Part shown: piece after piece, positions 45,904 to 56,579 of the stretch
Layout of the letters: each line of letters begins with the position of its first letter
How positions within the stretch are numbered: position 1 is the first letter of the stretch
Assembly: GCA_040876835.1 (NCBI GenBank)
Contig: JBBDOX010000010.1
Span: forward strand, 8,230-72,229
Source of the DNA: Candidatus Anderseniibacteriota bacterium
Lineage (GTDB): Bacteria; Patescibacteriota; Andersenbacteria; UBA10190
Direction: 5' to 3'
DNA length: 64,000 nt
The notes under the pieces: model-generated
Seen by the model: the letters and a program-made list of their open reading frames with translations, nothing else
What the model was told of the DNA's origin: nothing
Database searches by the model: none
Translations under genes and position numbers: made by a program

Positions 45904-46872
45904 ATGTCAGTTATTGTCGCCGTTTTTTTTCTTATCATTGGTCTCGCAGCTTTAATAAAGAGCGCGGATTTCCTCGTGGAGGGAGCAGCGTCGCTTGCTA
46001 AACGCTTTGGTATTCGAGAAATTGTCATTGGGTTAATTATCGTATCCTTTGGAACTTCAGCGCCAGAGCTGGTTGTTAACGTACTATCAGCGCTGTCGGG
46101 AAACTACGACCTAGCGATTGGAAATGTTGTTGGAAGCAATATCGCCAATACCTTCCTCATTTTAGGGGTTTCAGCTGCCATTTTCCCGCTTATCGTTAAA
46201 AGAGGGACTGTTTGGAAAGAGATTCCTCTGTCTCTCTTAGCTGCTGTTGCACTACTCGTACTTATCAGCGATACGTTGTTAGAAGGAGAGTCAGCATCAA
46301 TTCTCAGTCGTGCAGACGGCATAATGCTGCTCTTTTTCTTCATCATCTTCTTGTATTACTCCTATGGTATTAGTAGGACAACAGGGGAAGCTGAAGAGAA
46401 TGACAACACAAAAGTACGCAGCGTTTCATCGTCTGTAACTCGAGTGATCGGAGGTATTGCTGGACTGGTTGTTGGCGGACATCTCATAGTCAGCAGTGCA
46501 GTTACGCTAGCTCAGGTGTTTGGAGTAAGCGAAGGGCTCATTGGTCTTACCGTTGTCGCCTTGGGCACATCTTTGCCGGAGCTGGCGACATCAGCTGTAG
46601 CTGCCTATCGCAAAAAAGCCGATATTGCAGTTGGTAATGTAGTAGGATCGAACATTTTCAATATCTTCTTCATCCTCGGCATTACCAGCCTTATTAGCCC
46701 ATTGCCTGTAGGAGATACCATTGATATCGATGTCGGCATGACGATATTATCGTCACTATTGTTATTCCTCGTTCTATTTGTGGGCAAAAAGCATACGCTT
46801 CAGCGTGGTCAGGGAGTGTTTTTCATAGTCCTCTACCTTGCCTACATCATATTCCGCGTGTGGCAGGGGTAG
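45904..46872 (+). CDS. Ca2+/cation antiporter (CaCA family, YrbG/NCKX-like)
   Basis: 322 aa. Two alpha-repeats GTSAPELVVNV..GNVVGSNIANTFLILG and GTSLPELATS..GNVVGSNIFNIFFILG. Confidence 0.8.
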   Translation: MSVIVAVFFLIIGLAALIKSADFLVEGAASLAKRFGIREIVIGLIIVSFGTSAPELVVNVLSALSGNYDLAIGNVVGSNIANTFLILGVSAAIFPLIVKRGTVWKEIPLSLLAAVALLVLISDTLLEGESASILSRADGIMLLFFFIIFLYYSYGISRTTGEAEENDNTKVRSVSSSVTRVIGGIAGLVVGGHLIVSSAVTLAQVFGVSEGLIGLTVVALGTSLPELATSAVAAYRKKADIAVGNVVGSNIFNIFFILGITSLISPLPVGDTIDIDVGMTILSSLLLFLVLFVGKKHTLQRGQGVFFIVLYLAYIIFRVWQG

Positions 46873-46876
46873 ATTT

Positions 46877-47443
46877 TTACTTAAACATCATCCAGATAGT
46901 TTCCCAGTGAGATCGTAAGATAAGGGTAACGGCAATGACAATGCCGACCCGAAACAGAATTGTTTCGACGAAACTGCCGGTTGTAACACGCAGGGCGCGG
47001 GATCCTGGCGGAATTTTGATTTGAATAGGTATCGGCCAAAACCAGGGGACACCTAGGTCGGTAAGAGTGTCAGCAATAGGGTGGCTGATGTATCCGATCA
47101 TGTAGGCGTACCACAGCGCCATTGCTTGAGGAATGAAATCAGGGTTGATAAATGTAATAATCATCCAGCGTAGCAGCAAGGCTATGCCTACAATTCCTAT
47201 AACTGAATGGGTAAGGTGGCGGTGCCCGCCGGAAAACATCTGAAAAATATTACCAATTGCCCTGCCGGCCAGCATGCGGCGCCATAGATTAGCAGCTGGT
47301 TGATCCAGGTCCGGTGTCAAAGCTCCGATCATCACCATAATAACCGCCAAAGCGCCCACAACAGGCCCTAGCTGGACGGGGTGAAGAGTGCCAATCCATA
47401 GGGCTGCAAGCAAGGCAACCATTTGATGGGTGGTTCCGGTCAT
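46877..47443 (-). CDS. membrane-bound metal-dependent hydrolase (YdjM/DUF457-like)
   Basis: 188 aa. Multi-TM with conserved His residues (..GGHRHLTHSVIG.., ..ISHPIADTLTD..). Confidence 0.5.
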   Translation of the reverse strand: MTGTTHQMVALLAALWIGTLHPVQLGPVVGALAVIMVMIGALTPDLDQPAANLWRRMLAGRAIGNIFQMFSGGHRHLTHSVIGIVGIALLLRWMIITFINPDFIPQAMALWYAYMIGYISHPIADTLTDLGVPWFWPIPIQIKIPPGSRALRVTTGSFVETILFRVGIVIAVTLILRSHWETIWMMFK

Positions 47444-47500
47444 ATCTTTATATTAGCATCACATATCGACAATTTGGGTATGTACCCATAGGGTATAAGA

Positions 47501-48574
47501 ATGAATCAGAAGAAAGATATAACTCTGTTAGCAATTGAAACCTCCTGTGATGAGACGGGTGTTGCCGTCGTGCGCCAAGAGGAACACGCTGTCCAGGTAT
47601 TGGGGGAGGCAGTAGCTTCTCAAATTGATATTCATAAGGAGACTGGTGGAGTGATTCCAGAAGTGGCTGCCAGAGAGCACGTCCGGGTCATCCGGCCTCT
47701 TATCGAAAAAATCATGCAGGAGTCTCAGGTTACCGGAGAAGACATCGATGCCATAGCCGTAACGGTGGGCCCCGGCCTTATGCCTGCTCTGTCTGTAGGT
47801 GTGCAGGCGGCACGTACGCTGGCGTATGCTTGGAACAAGCTGATTGTACCGATCCATCATTTAGAAGGACATGTATATTCTGCATTACTGCAAAAAGAAG
47901 AAAACAACCGATATACTATTGTCCCTGATTCTTTTCCCGCGCTGGCACTTATTGTGTCCGGTGGGCACACAATGCTTGTTCACATGCCAGCTCATTTGCA
48001 GTACCGGATCATCGGAACGACTCGCGACGATGCTGTAGGAGAAGTCTTTGATAAGGTGGCGCGCATGTTACAGTTGCCATACCCAGGAGGTCCACATGTG
48101 AGCAGGATAGCTGAGGAAGGAGACATGACTGCTTACCGGTTGCCTCGTCCAATGCTGGATTCTCACGATCTTGATTTTAGTTACTCCGGCCTTAAAACTG
48201 CCGTTTTGTATGCGATTCGCGATATGGATCCAACTACGTTTGAAGCTCAGAAGCCGCACCTGGCGGCATCCTTTGAGCAGGCGGTGGTAGAATCGCTAAC
48301 AGCAAAAGTTGCCATGGCTCTCACGCAGAATGAGTACCGCACGCTTTTACTAGCAGGTGGAGTGGCAGCTAATGCACGACTACGGAAAGAGTTAGTGAAC
48401 ACAGCAAGTGATCACAATGTTGAACTGCGTATCGCACCGATTACATTATGTGGTGATAACGCAACAATGATTGGTTTAGCCGCAGCCTTTGCTTACAATG
48501 CCCAGCGCATCCAGGATTGGAATAAGACTGATGCCATGGCGCGCACCAGCTTAGAATCCTTTTCAGTAATTTAA
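47501..48574 (+). CDS. tsaD: tRNA N6-adenosine threonylcarbamoyltransferase TsaD
   Basis: 357 aa. ..LAIETSCDETGVAVV.. and metal-binding HHLEGH.. Confidence 0.9.
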   Translation: MNQKKDITLLAIETSCDETGVAVVRQEEHAVQVLGEAVASQIDIHKETGGVIPEVAAREHVRVIRPLIEKIMQESQVTGEDIDAIAVTVGPGLMPALSVGVQAARTLAYAWNKLIVPIHHLEGHVYSALLQKEENNRYTIVPDSFPALALIVSGGHTMLVHMPAHLQYRIIGTTRDDAVGEVFDKVARMLQLPYPGGPHVSRIAEEGDMTAYRLPRPMLDSHDLDFSYSGLKTAVLYAIRDMDPTTFEAQKPHLAASFEQAVVESLTAKVAMALTQNEYRTLLLAGGVAANARLRKELVNTASDHNVELRIAPITLCGDNATMIGLAAAFAYNAQRIQDWNKTDAMARTSLESFSVI

Positions 48575-49163
48575 GCGAAGGTTGGGTTTTTGGCGGCTGG
48601 ACTTACTTGATCGCGAACCGAAAGTAAAAGAGAGCGACGAAGTCGAGCACAGGATTCTTGGGGACAGTGGGCCAAGTGAGAAGCAACGGTATTAAAATGT
48701 TTTTGCTGACGCAAATCAACGGCCCGGCTCGTTTTGTACAAAAACGGCTGGACTTGGACACATCCCAAGAGTACTCGTTCTCGGAAAAGCCAATCAAGTT
48801 TGGCGTGCATGCCCTGTTTTACGTCTTTGCGTAATGTGATGCATTCCTTTTTATTGCATGTCAGTAAATGATCCAGGGCACTACGAAAGCCAACCTGACC
48901 AGAAACACTGTAAACAAAAGAGGGCATGCACTTTTTGTGCGCTTCGCTACAAGTGCAGCTGCGCGTAGGCGCAGCTGCGTCGTGAACAATCTGGAGTGGT
49001 CCTATGGCGATCGAATACGACATCTAAAACATAGAATACCTCGTTCTATAATTGTGCGCTACGTTGATTTTTAGCAGTTTCGGGTCCTAATAACCGCCTC
49101 ACTCATTATTTTCGCCTTTTCCGCTGTTTTACGCTACGATTTGCCTATATTTATTAACTGATC

Positions 49164-51743
49164 ATGAGCGAATTACCGAAACAATACGATCCAAAGACGT
49201 ATGAGCAGGAGCTGTATAGCGCGTGGGAAAAAGCAGGCGTTTTCAAGCCCAATCAAACAGCCATTAAGGAGGGAAAACAACCGTTTGTGATTATGCTGCC
49301 CCCGCCAAACATTACTGGCAGTTTACATATGGGACACGCTTTGCAGGATACAGTCATGGATATACTGGTGCGATTCCATCGAATGTTGGGACAGCCCACC
49401 ATGTGGGTACCGGGAATCGATCATGCGGCTATCGCCACGAACCGTGTACTAGAAAAGCAGTTAACCGCGGAGGGGCTATCACGCCAGGAGCTTGGGCGTG
49501 AGGCGTTCTTGGAACGAGCGGAGAAGTGGTATGAGGACACGGGGGCGATAATATTGGATCAGATGAAACGGCTCGGATGCTCCTGCGACTGGACGCGCCA
49601 GCGGTTTACCATGGACACGGAGTATTCTCGCGCTGTTCAGGAGGCATTTGTACGCTATCACGCGAAGAGCCTGATCTATCGGGGCAACCGCATGGTTAAC
49701 TGGTGCCCTCGCTGCGAATCTGTAGTATCAGACCTTGAAATTCAGCATGAGCAGCGTTCAACAAGGTTGGTAACCCTGCGTTATCCGTTAACGGACGGGT
49801 CTGGGGCTATTGAAGTTGCCACAACGCGCCCTGAGACGATGTTGGGAGATACAGCTGTTGCTGTTCATCCAGCTGATACGCGATATACACAGGCGGTGGG
49901 GAAAACAGTTCGTTTACCACTGATGGATCGAGTCATCCCCGTCATTGCGGATGAACGCATTGATCAGTCGTTTGGCACCGGAGCCGTCAAAGTAACGCCG
50001 GCTCATGATCCGCTTGACGCTCAGCTGGGCGAAACACATAAACTGCCGATTATTAACATCATTGGGGAGAGTGGAGCGCTGACGGAGCAGGCCGGACAGT
50101 TTGCGGGCTTATCAGTGGGAGAGGCCCGTAAGGCCGTTCTGAAAGCGTTAGATGAACAGGGGGTAGTTGTAAGCGAAGAAGATCACCAGCATGCCGTATC
50201 GCTGTGTGAGCGTTGCGGCACCGTTATCGAACCGCTCATCTCTCGTCAGTGGTTTATGGATATGAGTAAGTTAAAAAGTGAAACAATCTCGGTGGCGGAA
50301 CAGGGACTGGTGAAATTTGCACCTCCACGCTGGAAAAAACATTTCATTGAATGGATGAAGAGCGTTCACGATTGGACAATCAGCCGCCAGATCTGGTTAG
50401 GGCATCGCATTCCTGTGTGGTGGAAGCCTGGGGCGCGTGGGACAAATAATGAGGAGGGTAACTATGTGGTTTCGGTAGAAAAACCCGAAGGGGAGTGGGA
50501 ACAGGATCCTGACGTGCTCGATACCTGGTTTTCTTCTGCGCTCTGGCCATTTGCCACCTTGGGATGGCCTCAACAAAGCGAAAATATGAAAACATTTTAT
50601 CCTACGTCGGTTCTGGTTACCGGGCGCGATATTCTATACTTATGGGTAGCTCGTATGGTATTTTCCGGGCTAGAACTTCTGAAAGATCCGGTTTATGAGA
50701 GGCCAGCACAAAAAGATCGAATTCCATTTGATACTGTCTTTATACATCCCACAATCCTGGCCAAGGGCGGACAGCGCATGAGTAAAAGCCTAGGAACTGG
50801 AGTTGATCCACTGGAATTAATTGAACAATTCGGCGCTGATGCCACGCGCTTTGGATTGATATATCAGACTAGTTTTGATCAACAGGCGATGAAGTTCGAT
50901 GAAAGTGCGATTAAGGCTTCTCGAAATTTTGTAACTAAGTTGTGGAATATCGCTCGTTTGATTGATTCCGTAGAAGAAAAGGATGTACCGACGGTTGCTG
51001 ATGAATGGATCAGGGCGCGTAGCCTCACGGTAACTGCAGAGGTTACAGTCTTGCTGGAAGCATACAAATTTGGAGAGGCTGCGCACGTACTACACGAGTT
51101 CGTGTGGAAAGATTTTGCGGATTGGTATCTGGAAATATTGAAAGTTGAAGGCTCTACTGTAGTGGCTAGGCAAGTCTTCACTCACACTCTGCAGATACTT
51201 CATCCCTTCATGCCATATGTGACAGAAGTATTATGGAAGCACTTTAACCAAAGCGATTTCATTGCAACCAGTGAGTGGCCAGCTGTAGAAGCAGCTGGGT
51301 CAATGGCAGAAGAACCAATGCAATATTTTCAGCAGGTCGTAGAGACAATTCGCAGTGCTCGAGTGTTATTTAATATCAAGCCCAATAGCACGGTTGATAT
51401 CTACCTTGATAAACCAGTGTTTTCTCCAGCGGCGGCTGCCAAGATGACGAATGCGACCTTGATAGAGACTTCCACCTCAACTATGCGACACATCCCCTTA
51501 CCCGCTGGAGGGGTTATCGCTATTGGGTCTGAGGAGATTACGGAAGAGGGTGTAAGAGGAGCAGAGGCTAAGCTTATAAAAGAGCAGCAAGTATTAAAAA
51601 GCTCTCTCGTGGGCCAAGAAAAGGTTCTAGATGGTATGCGGGGTAAGGCTGATCCGGCTGTTATTGCCGAAAAAGAAGCACTTCTCACCCGTTCACAGGA
51701 GCGACTTCGAGAAATCAACAAGAGCTTGTCGCTGTTGAAATAA
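49164..51743 (+). CDS. valS: valine--tRNA ligase
   Basis: 859 aa. HIGH-type PPPNITGSLHMGHA and KMSKS (QRMSKSLGT). ValRS editing domain and C-terminal coiled coil. Confidence 0.93.
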   Translation: MSELPKQYDPKTYEQELYSAWEKAGVFKPNQTAIKEGKQPFVIMLPPPNITGSLHMGHALQDTVMDILVRFHRMLGQPTMWVPGIDHAAIATNRVLEKQLTAEGLSRQELGREAFLERAEKWYEDTGAIILDQMKRLGCSCDWTRQRFTMDTEYSRAVQEAFVRYHAKSLIYRGNRMVNWCPRCESVVSDLEIQHEQRSTRLVTLRYPLTDGSGAIEVATTRPETMLGDTAVAVHPADTRYTQAVGKTVRLPLMDRVIPVIADERIDQSFGTGAVKVTPAHDPLDAQLGETHKLPIINIIGESGALTEQAGQFAGLSVGEARKAVLKALDEQGVVVSEEDHQHAVSLCERCGTVIEPLISRQWFMDMSKLKSETISVAEQGLVKFAPPRWKKHFIEWMKSVHDWTISRQIWLGHRIPVWWKPGARGTNNEEGNYVVSVEKPEGEWEQDPDVLDTWFSSALWPFATLGWPQQSENMKTFYPTSVLVTGRDILYLWVARMVFSGLELLKDPVYERPAQKDRIPFDTVFIHPTILAKGGQRMSKSLGTGVDPLELIEQFGADATRFGLIYQTSFDQQAMKFDESAIKASRNFVTKLWNIARLIDSVEEKDVPTVADEWIRARSLTVTAEVTVLLEAYKFGEAAHVLHEFVWKDFADWYLEILKVEGSTVVARQVFTHTLQILHPFMPYVTEVLWKHFNQSDFIATSEWPAVEAAGSMAEEPMQYFQQVVETIRSARVLFNIKPNSTVDIYLDKPVFSPAAAAKMTNATLIETSTSTMRHIPLPAGGVIAIGSEEITEEGVRGAEAKLIKEQQVLKSSLVGQEKVLDGMRGKADPAVIAEKEALLTRSQERLREINKSLSLLK

Positions 51744-51798
51744 GTTTATGGTATAGTAGGAGCAACAATTTTTTGCTACATTTGTACTTATACGATAT

Positions 51799-52359
51799 AT
51801 GCCACAAGAACCACGAAGTTTCTTTGAACGTCTAACCGGGGCTCGGGTATTGAGCCCATCAAACGAAGACGAAGATCAGCACGAAGAAGAGTTGCTGGAG
51901 CGAGATGTGTCCTATGAACCCCGCTTTTCTAATCAGGAAGTGGAAGAGGCTATGGATGAGACGGAAGTGGAAATGGATGAAGACTATTCTGACGAAGATG
52001 CCGGCGGACACGTTGGTGCTGAAGAGCAAGAAGGCCAGCTAACAGTCGACGTATTTCAAGATGATGAGAACATCATTGTCCAAAGCACAATCGCTGGAGT
52101 TTCTCCTGATGATCTGGATGTATCGATTACAAATGATATGGTAACAATTCGCGGCGAGCGCCGTCAGCAATATGATGCCGATAGTGAAGATTACTTCTAC
52201 CAGGAATGTTATTGGGGCACCTTCTCTCGTTCAATCATCCTGCCGATTGAAATTGACGCTGATCGAGCTGAAGCCAAGATTAAAAATGGCGTACTGACTA
52301 TTCGCATCCCTAAGGCTAACACCGCGGTTACCCGCAAGCTCAAAGTAAAATCCACTTAA
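51799..52359 (+). CDS. Hsp20/alpha-crystallin small heat-shock protein with an acidic N-terminal extension
   Basis: 186 aa. Alpha-crystallin domain ..LTVDVFQDDENIIVQSTIAGVSPDDLDVSITNDMVTIRGERR..GTFSRSIILPIEIDADRAEAKIKNGVLTIRIPK. Confidence 0.8.
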   Translation: MPQEPRSFFERLTGARVLSPSNEDEDQHEEELLERDVSYEPRFSNQEVEEAMDETEVEMDEDYSDEDAGGHVGAEEQEGQLTVDVFQDDENIIVQSTIAGVSPDDLDVSITNDMVTIRGERRQQYDADSEDYFYQECYWGTFSRSIILPIEIDADRAEAKIKNGVLTIRIPKANTAVTRKLKVKST

Positions 52360-52368
52360 GGAAGAGAC

Positions 52369-52394
52369 AAAGCGCCCCAGAGGGCGCTTTTCTT
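52369..52394 (+). terminator. rho-independent terminator after hsp20
   Basis: 9-bp stem AAAGCGCCC/GGGCGCTTT, loop CAGA, then TCTT. Confidence 0.6.
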
Positions 52395-52423
52395 AACGGC
52401 AGCATTAGGTACACTTAGTTGCT

Positions 52424-52972
52424 ATGGATTGGTTCTTGTTATTAGTGGCCGGAGTGCTGGTGCTACTCATCCCCACGGCCTATGCGGGGAAGATTGGGGC
52501 GCCCTATGCGCCAACCAGGCGTGCTTCTATTCGAAAAACTTTTGAACAGCTTCAGATTGATGCTGACGATGTTGTTGTGGATCTGGGAGCAGGGGACGGT
52601 AGCGTTGTAATTGAAGCAGCTCGCAAAGGAGCGCAGGCCTACGGATACGAATTATCGCCGATCATGTTTTGTATCGCTTGGTCGCGTTCCCTGTTTCAGG
52701 AAAGAGCACGAATACGATTTGGAAATTTCTACAAACAATCAATCTCGGATGCTACTGTCGTCTTTGTGTTTTTACTGCCTCAAAATATGCCTCGACTTAA
52801 AGCGTATCTTGCCACCCAAAGCATTCCAGCAGGCAGATACTGTATTGCCTATGCTTTTCCCTTTCAGGATATGCCAGCCCTCACGACGATTCGGGAAAAA
52901 CGGGTACTGCCAATGTACGTCTACGATTTACAGGAATTAACTAATTCTGGGGCTAAAACTGGAAAATCTTAG
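52424..52972 (+). CDS. small class I SAM-dependent methyltransferase
   Basis: 182 aa. N-terminal TM, motif I VVDLGAGDGSVVIEAARKG, acidic residue (GYELSP). Confidence 0.55.
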   Translation: MDWFLLLVAGVLVLLIPTAYAGKIGAPYAPTRRASIRKTFEQLQIDADDVVVDLGAGDGSVVIEAARKGAQAYGYELSPIMFCIAWSRSLFQERARIRFGNFYKQSISDATVVFVFLLPQNMPRLKAYLATQSIPAGRYCIAYAFPFQDMPALTTIREKRVLPMYVYDLQELTNSGAKTGKS

Positions 52973-53011
52973 CGTTTCCTGTCATTGTGAAGCGGTAACG
53001 AACAAGCGGCT

Positions 53012-54451
53012 ATGGCCAAATTTTATATCACCACCCCTATCTACTACGTGAACTCTGCTCCGCATATTGGATCAGCGTATACGACAATCGCAGCTGATGT
53101 GTTAGCTCGCTATCATCGGAAAAAAGGAGACGACACGTTTTTGTTAACTGGCACAGCCGAACACGGTACTAAGATTGCTTTCAGCGCGGAGAAAGCCGGG
53201 AAAAGTCCTCAGGAGTTTACCAATGAGAATGCCCAAAAGTTTAAACTAGCTTGGGAGAAGTTGGATATCTCATACGATGACTTTATCCGCACCACAGAAG
53301 CGCGGCATGAAGCAGCCGTCATACTATTTTTTGAAAAGCTCAAAGAATCTGGGCAGATCTACGAAGGAGAGTACGAAGGCTTGTACTGCGTGGGGCACGA
53401 AGCGTTTGTTAAAGAAGCAGATTTAACCGAGGACGGTCTTTGTCCCGATCACAACACTGCTCCAGAAAAAGTAAAAGAGCAGAACTGGTTCTTTAAACTG
53501 TCGGACTACGGACAAGTTCTGAAGGAAAGGATAGAAAGTGGAGAGTTGCAGGTTGAACCCGAGTCTCGTCGCAATGAAGTACTGTCTTTTATTAACCAGG
53601 GACTCGAAGATATCGCTATTTCCCGCCGTAACGTGCCGTGGGCGATTCCGCTGCCTTGGGACAAGGATCAGACTATATACGTGTGGTTGGACGAGCTTTT
53701 CAATTATTGCTCAGCCATCGGCTATGGCCAGGATCAGGAGAAGTTTCATAAATACTGGCCGGCAGATGTTCATGTTGTCGGTAAAGACATTATTAAATTT
53801 CACTGTATTATCTGGCCGGCCCTGTTGTTGGCAATTAATGAAGAATTGCCGCGCAAGGTCTTTGCCCACGGATTCTTTACGGTTGATGGTCAAAAAATCA
53901 GTAAATCCTTAGGTAATGCCATTGATCCTGTTCAGCTAGTTGAGGAATATGGTTCTGATGCCGTGCGGTACTTTGTTCTGCGCGATATTCCCTTCGGTAG
54001 TGATGGAGATTTTTCTCACGAACGGTTCAAGAATCGCTACAATGCGGATCTGGCTAACGGGCTCGGCAACTTAACGTCCCGGGCACTCAACATGATTGAA
54101 AAATTTACACCCGGCCTTGAGCAGGGAAGTCCTTTACCCGCTGAACTTGCTGAGAAGCTTACGTATATCGACGGATACATTGAGGCGCTGGCGTTTGATA
54201 AGGCGTTAACTGAAATATGGGAAGTCATTGCCTGGGCGGATCAGCTGATCGAAACCACCAAACCGTGGGAGCTGGCCAAGGCTGGGCAACAAGACAAAAT
54301 TCAAGATATTCTGGCTCAACTGCTCACAGCCCTGGAAACCGTGAATGAAAAAACAGCTCCTTTTATGCCTAAAACCCACGCAACCTTATCAAGGCTTTTG
54401 GAGGACCGTCCGCTTAAGAAGCCCCTTGAGCCACTATTTGCGCGAAAATAA
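53012..54451 (+). CDS. metG: methionine--tRNA ligase (short form lacking the C-terminal tRNA-binding domain)
   Basis: 479 aa. ..PIYYVNSAPHIGSAYTTIAADVLARYHR.. (HIGH region) and KISKSLGN (KMSKS). Confidence 0.92.
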   Translation: MAKFYITTPIYYVNSAPHIGSAYTTIAADVLARYHRKKGDDTFLLTGTAEHGTKIAFSAEKAGKSPQEFTNENAQKFKLAWEKLDISYDDFIRTTEARHEAAVILFFEKLKESGQIYEGEYEGLYCVGHEAFVKEADLTEDGLCPDHNTAPEKVKEQNWFFKLSDYGQVLKERIESGELQVEPESRRNEVLSFINQGLEDIAISRRNVPWAIPLPWDKDQTIYVWLDELFNYCSAIGYGQDQEKFHKYWPADVHVVGKDIIKFHCIIWPALLLAINEELPRKVFAHGFFTVDGQKISKSLGNAIDPVQLVEEYGSDAVRYFVLRDIPFGSDGDFSHERFKNRYNADLANGLGNLTSRALNMIEKFTPGLEQGSPLPAELAEKLTYIDGYIEALAFDKALTEIWEVIAWADQLIETTKPWELAKAGQQDKIQDILAQLLTALETVNEKTAPFMPKTHATLSRLLEDRPLKKPLEPLFARK

Positions 54452-54587
54452 ATTGACGATCATATGTATTGGCGTCCAACCCCGGCTTGCCTTGCGACTG
54501 GTGACTAGAGAGCCATATACTGCATTGTTAGGGGTAAAACGCAACAGGTCTTGCGTTTAGAGGAGGTTGGAACGCATAGTAAACTCT

Positions 54588-55577
54588 ATGGCTAAACTAC
54601 TTATTACAGGCGGAGCCGGCTTTATCGGTTCTAACTTTATTCACTACTGGCTAACGGAGCATCCGGATGATTCCATCGTGAATCTGGATTTACTCACCTA
54701 TGCAGGTAATCTCGATAGTCTGAAGGATCTCCCTGCCGATAGATATTCCTTTATCAAAGGAGATATCCGGGACAAAGAGGTGGTTGAGCAGGCGCTTGAA
54801 GGTGCTGATGCGCTGGTACACTTTGCAGCCGAGTCTCACGTCGATCGCTCCATTTTAGGTCCCGAAGCGTTCATAGAGACAAATGTCAAAGGCACCTTTG
54901 TCTTGCTTGAAGCTGTCCGAGAACGCCAGCTGCCGTTTCATCATGTCTCCACGGATGAAGTATTCGGAGCGCTGGAACTTGATAGCAAGGAAAAATTTAC
55001 CGAACGCACCCCTTACCAGCCGAATAGTCCGTACTCAGCATCCAAGGCCGGATCAGATCATCTGGTACGCGCCTATCATGAAACTTTTGGCGTACCCGCC
55101 ACAATTACAAATTGCTCTAACAACTTTGGGCCGTATCAGCATCCTGAGAAATTTATTCCCCGTATGATTACAAACCTTATCGACGGTGACACGGTAAAAA
55201 TATATGGAGACGGGAAGTATGTGCGTGATTGGCTGTATGTAGAAGATCACTGTCGAGCAATTGATGTTGTGTTGCGAAAGGGTAAAGTAGGGGAAACGTA
55301 CCTGGTGGGGGGAATGGATGAAGATGTAAGTAATCTCGATGTGGCCAAAAAGCTGCTGGAATATATGGGCCAAGGGGATGATAAAATTGACTTTGTTAAG
55401 GATCGTCCGGGGCATGATAGACGTTACGCTGTTGATTGGACGAAGATTCATCAGGAATTGGGATGGGAGCCGCAACACACGTTTGATGAGTGGCTAAATA
55501 AGACTGTCGACTGGTATAAAGATAACGAGTGGTGGTGGCGTCCCCAAAAGGAAGCCGCTGAAAAGATTTATGCCTAG
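54588..55577 (+). CDS. rfbB: dTDP-glucose 4,6-dehydratase
   Basis: Start at ATG 54588 ([17 protein letters not shown]). The track start at 54567 is a TTG. Catalytic YSASKA. Confidence 0.82.
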   Translation: MAKLLITGGAGFIGSNFIHYWLTEHPDDSIVNLDLLTYAGNLDSLKDLPADRYSFIKGDIRDKEVVEQALEGADALVHFAAESHVDRSILGPEAFIETNVKGTFVLLEAVRERQLPFHHVSTDEVFGALELDSKEKFTERTPYQPNSPYSASKAGSDHLVRAYHETFGVPATITNCSNNFGPYQHPEKFIPRMITNLIDGDTVKIYGDGKYVRDWLYVEDHCRAIDVVLRKGKVGETYLVGGMDEDVSNLDVAKKLLEYMGQGDDKIDFVKDRPGHDRRYAVDWTKIHQELGWEPQHTFDEWLNKTVDWYKDNEWWWRPQKEAAEKIYA

Positions 55578-55602
55578 GTAATAGGCTTGTGTGGTCCATA
55601 TC

Positions 55603-56457
55603 ATGATTGGGATCTTTGATAGCGGTTATGGTGGACTAACAATAGCGCGAGCACTAATGGATGCGTTGCCGCAGTACTCCTATGTCTATTTAGGAGACAA
55701 TGCTCGAGCACCATACGGACAACGTAGTCGAGAGGAAATTTTGCAGTTCACTACTCAGGGCATTGAATATCTCTTCGCCCAGGGTTGTGAAGTCGTAATT
55801 CTGGCTTGCAATACGGCTTCTGCTAATGCGCTGCGAGCGATTCAGCAGCATTTTCTTCCTTCCAAATATCCTCACAAGCGGGTTCTCGGTATTGTTGTTC
55901 CAACGATTGAGCAAATTACAGGCGTACCATGGCGTCATGTCGAGCCAATTCACCAGGCTCTTGAAAGTGAGCAGGCAACAGTGGGTATTCTGGCAACAGA
56001 GCAGACGGTAAACAGCGGCGCCTATGAAATTGAAATTACTAAGCGCAATCCCAACATCTTTGTGGCCCAGCAGGCCTGTAATGGTCTCGTCGAAGCGATA
56101 GAGGCAAATGATTCAGAAAAGATTGAGAAGCTGATTGAGCAGGCTATTACTGAGCTATATCAAAAAATACCCTCCTATCATCCACCCATCAGCGCGTTGC
56201 TGCTAGGATGTACACATTTTGAGCTCATTACCGATGGTATAAAAGCCCATTTGCCCAAAGATACTCACGTGTATGGTCAGCCGGAAATTGTGGCAAGTAG
56301 TTTTGTGCAATACCTCAAACGACATCCGGAAATACAAGGAAAACTCACTAGAATACCCGCTAGGCAGTTTTACACTACTGGTAATCCCGAAGAAGTTGCG
56401 GATAATGCCAGTCGCTACATGGGAATAAAAACACGTTTCAATATAGTACAGCTATAG
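55603..56457 (+). CDS. murI: glutamate racemase
   Basis: Start at ATG 55603 (MIGIFDSGYGGLTIARAL). The track start is a GTG. ..YLGDNARAPYG.. and the second Cys region ..LLLGCTHF.. Confidence 0.88.
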   Translation: MIGIFDSGYGGLTIARALMDALPQYSYVYLGDNARAPYGQRSREEILQFTTQGIEYLFAQGCEVVILACNTASANALRAIQQHFLPSKYPHKRVLGIVVPTIEQITGVPWRHVEPIHQALESEQATVGILATEQTVNSGAYEIEITKRNPNIFVAQQACNGLVEAIEANDSEKIEKLIEQAITELYQKIPSYHPPISALLLGCTHFELITDGIKAHLPKDTHVYGQPEIVASSFVQYLKRHPEIQGKLTRIPARQFYTTGNPEEVADNASRYMGIKTRFNIVQL

Positions 56458-56579
56458 CGGGGGAAAACTCACGTTTGTAACGGTTGCAAAAAGGAAACAG
56501 ATTAGACATGATGTGACCACTGTGCATCCGCAAGGGCGAGATGCCACGCTCATTCAAGCTCGAGGAGGGAATCTCAACA

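Noticed and set aside
48575-49163. T-box riboswitch upstream of valS (and upstream of metG at 52973-53011)
   Set aside because: There is no T-box consensus sequence or specifier-loop architecture. The metG leader is only about 40 nt.
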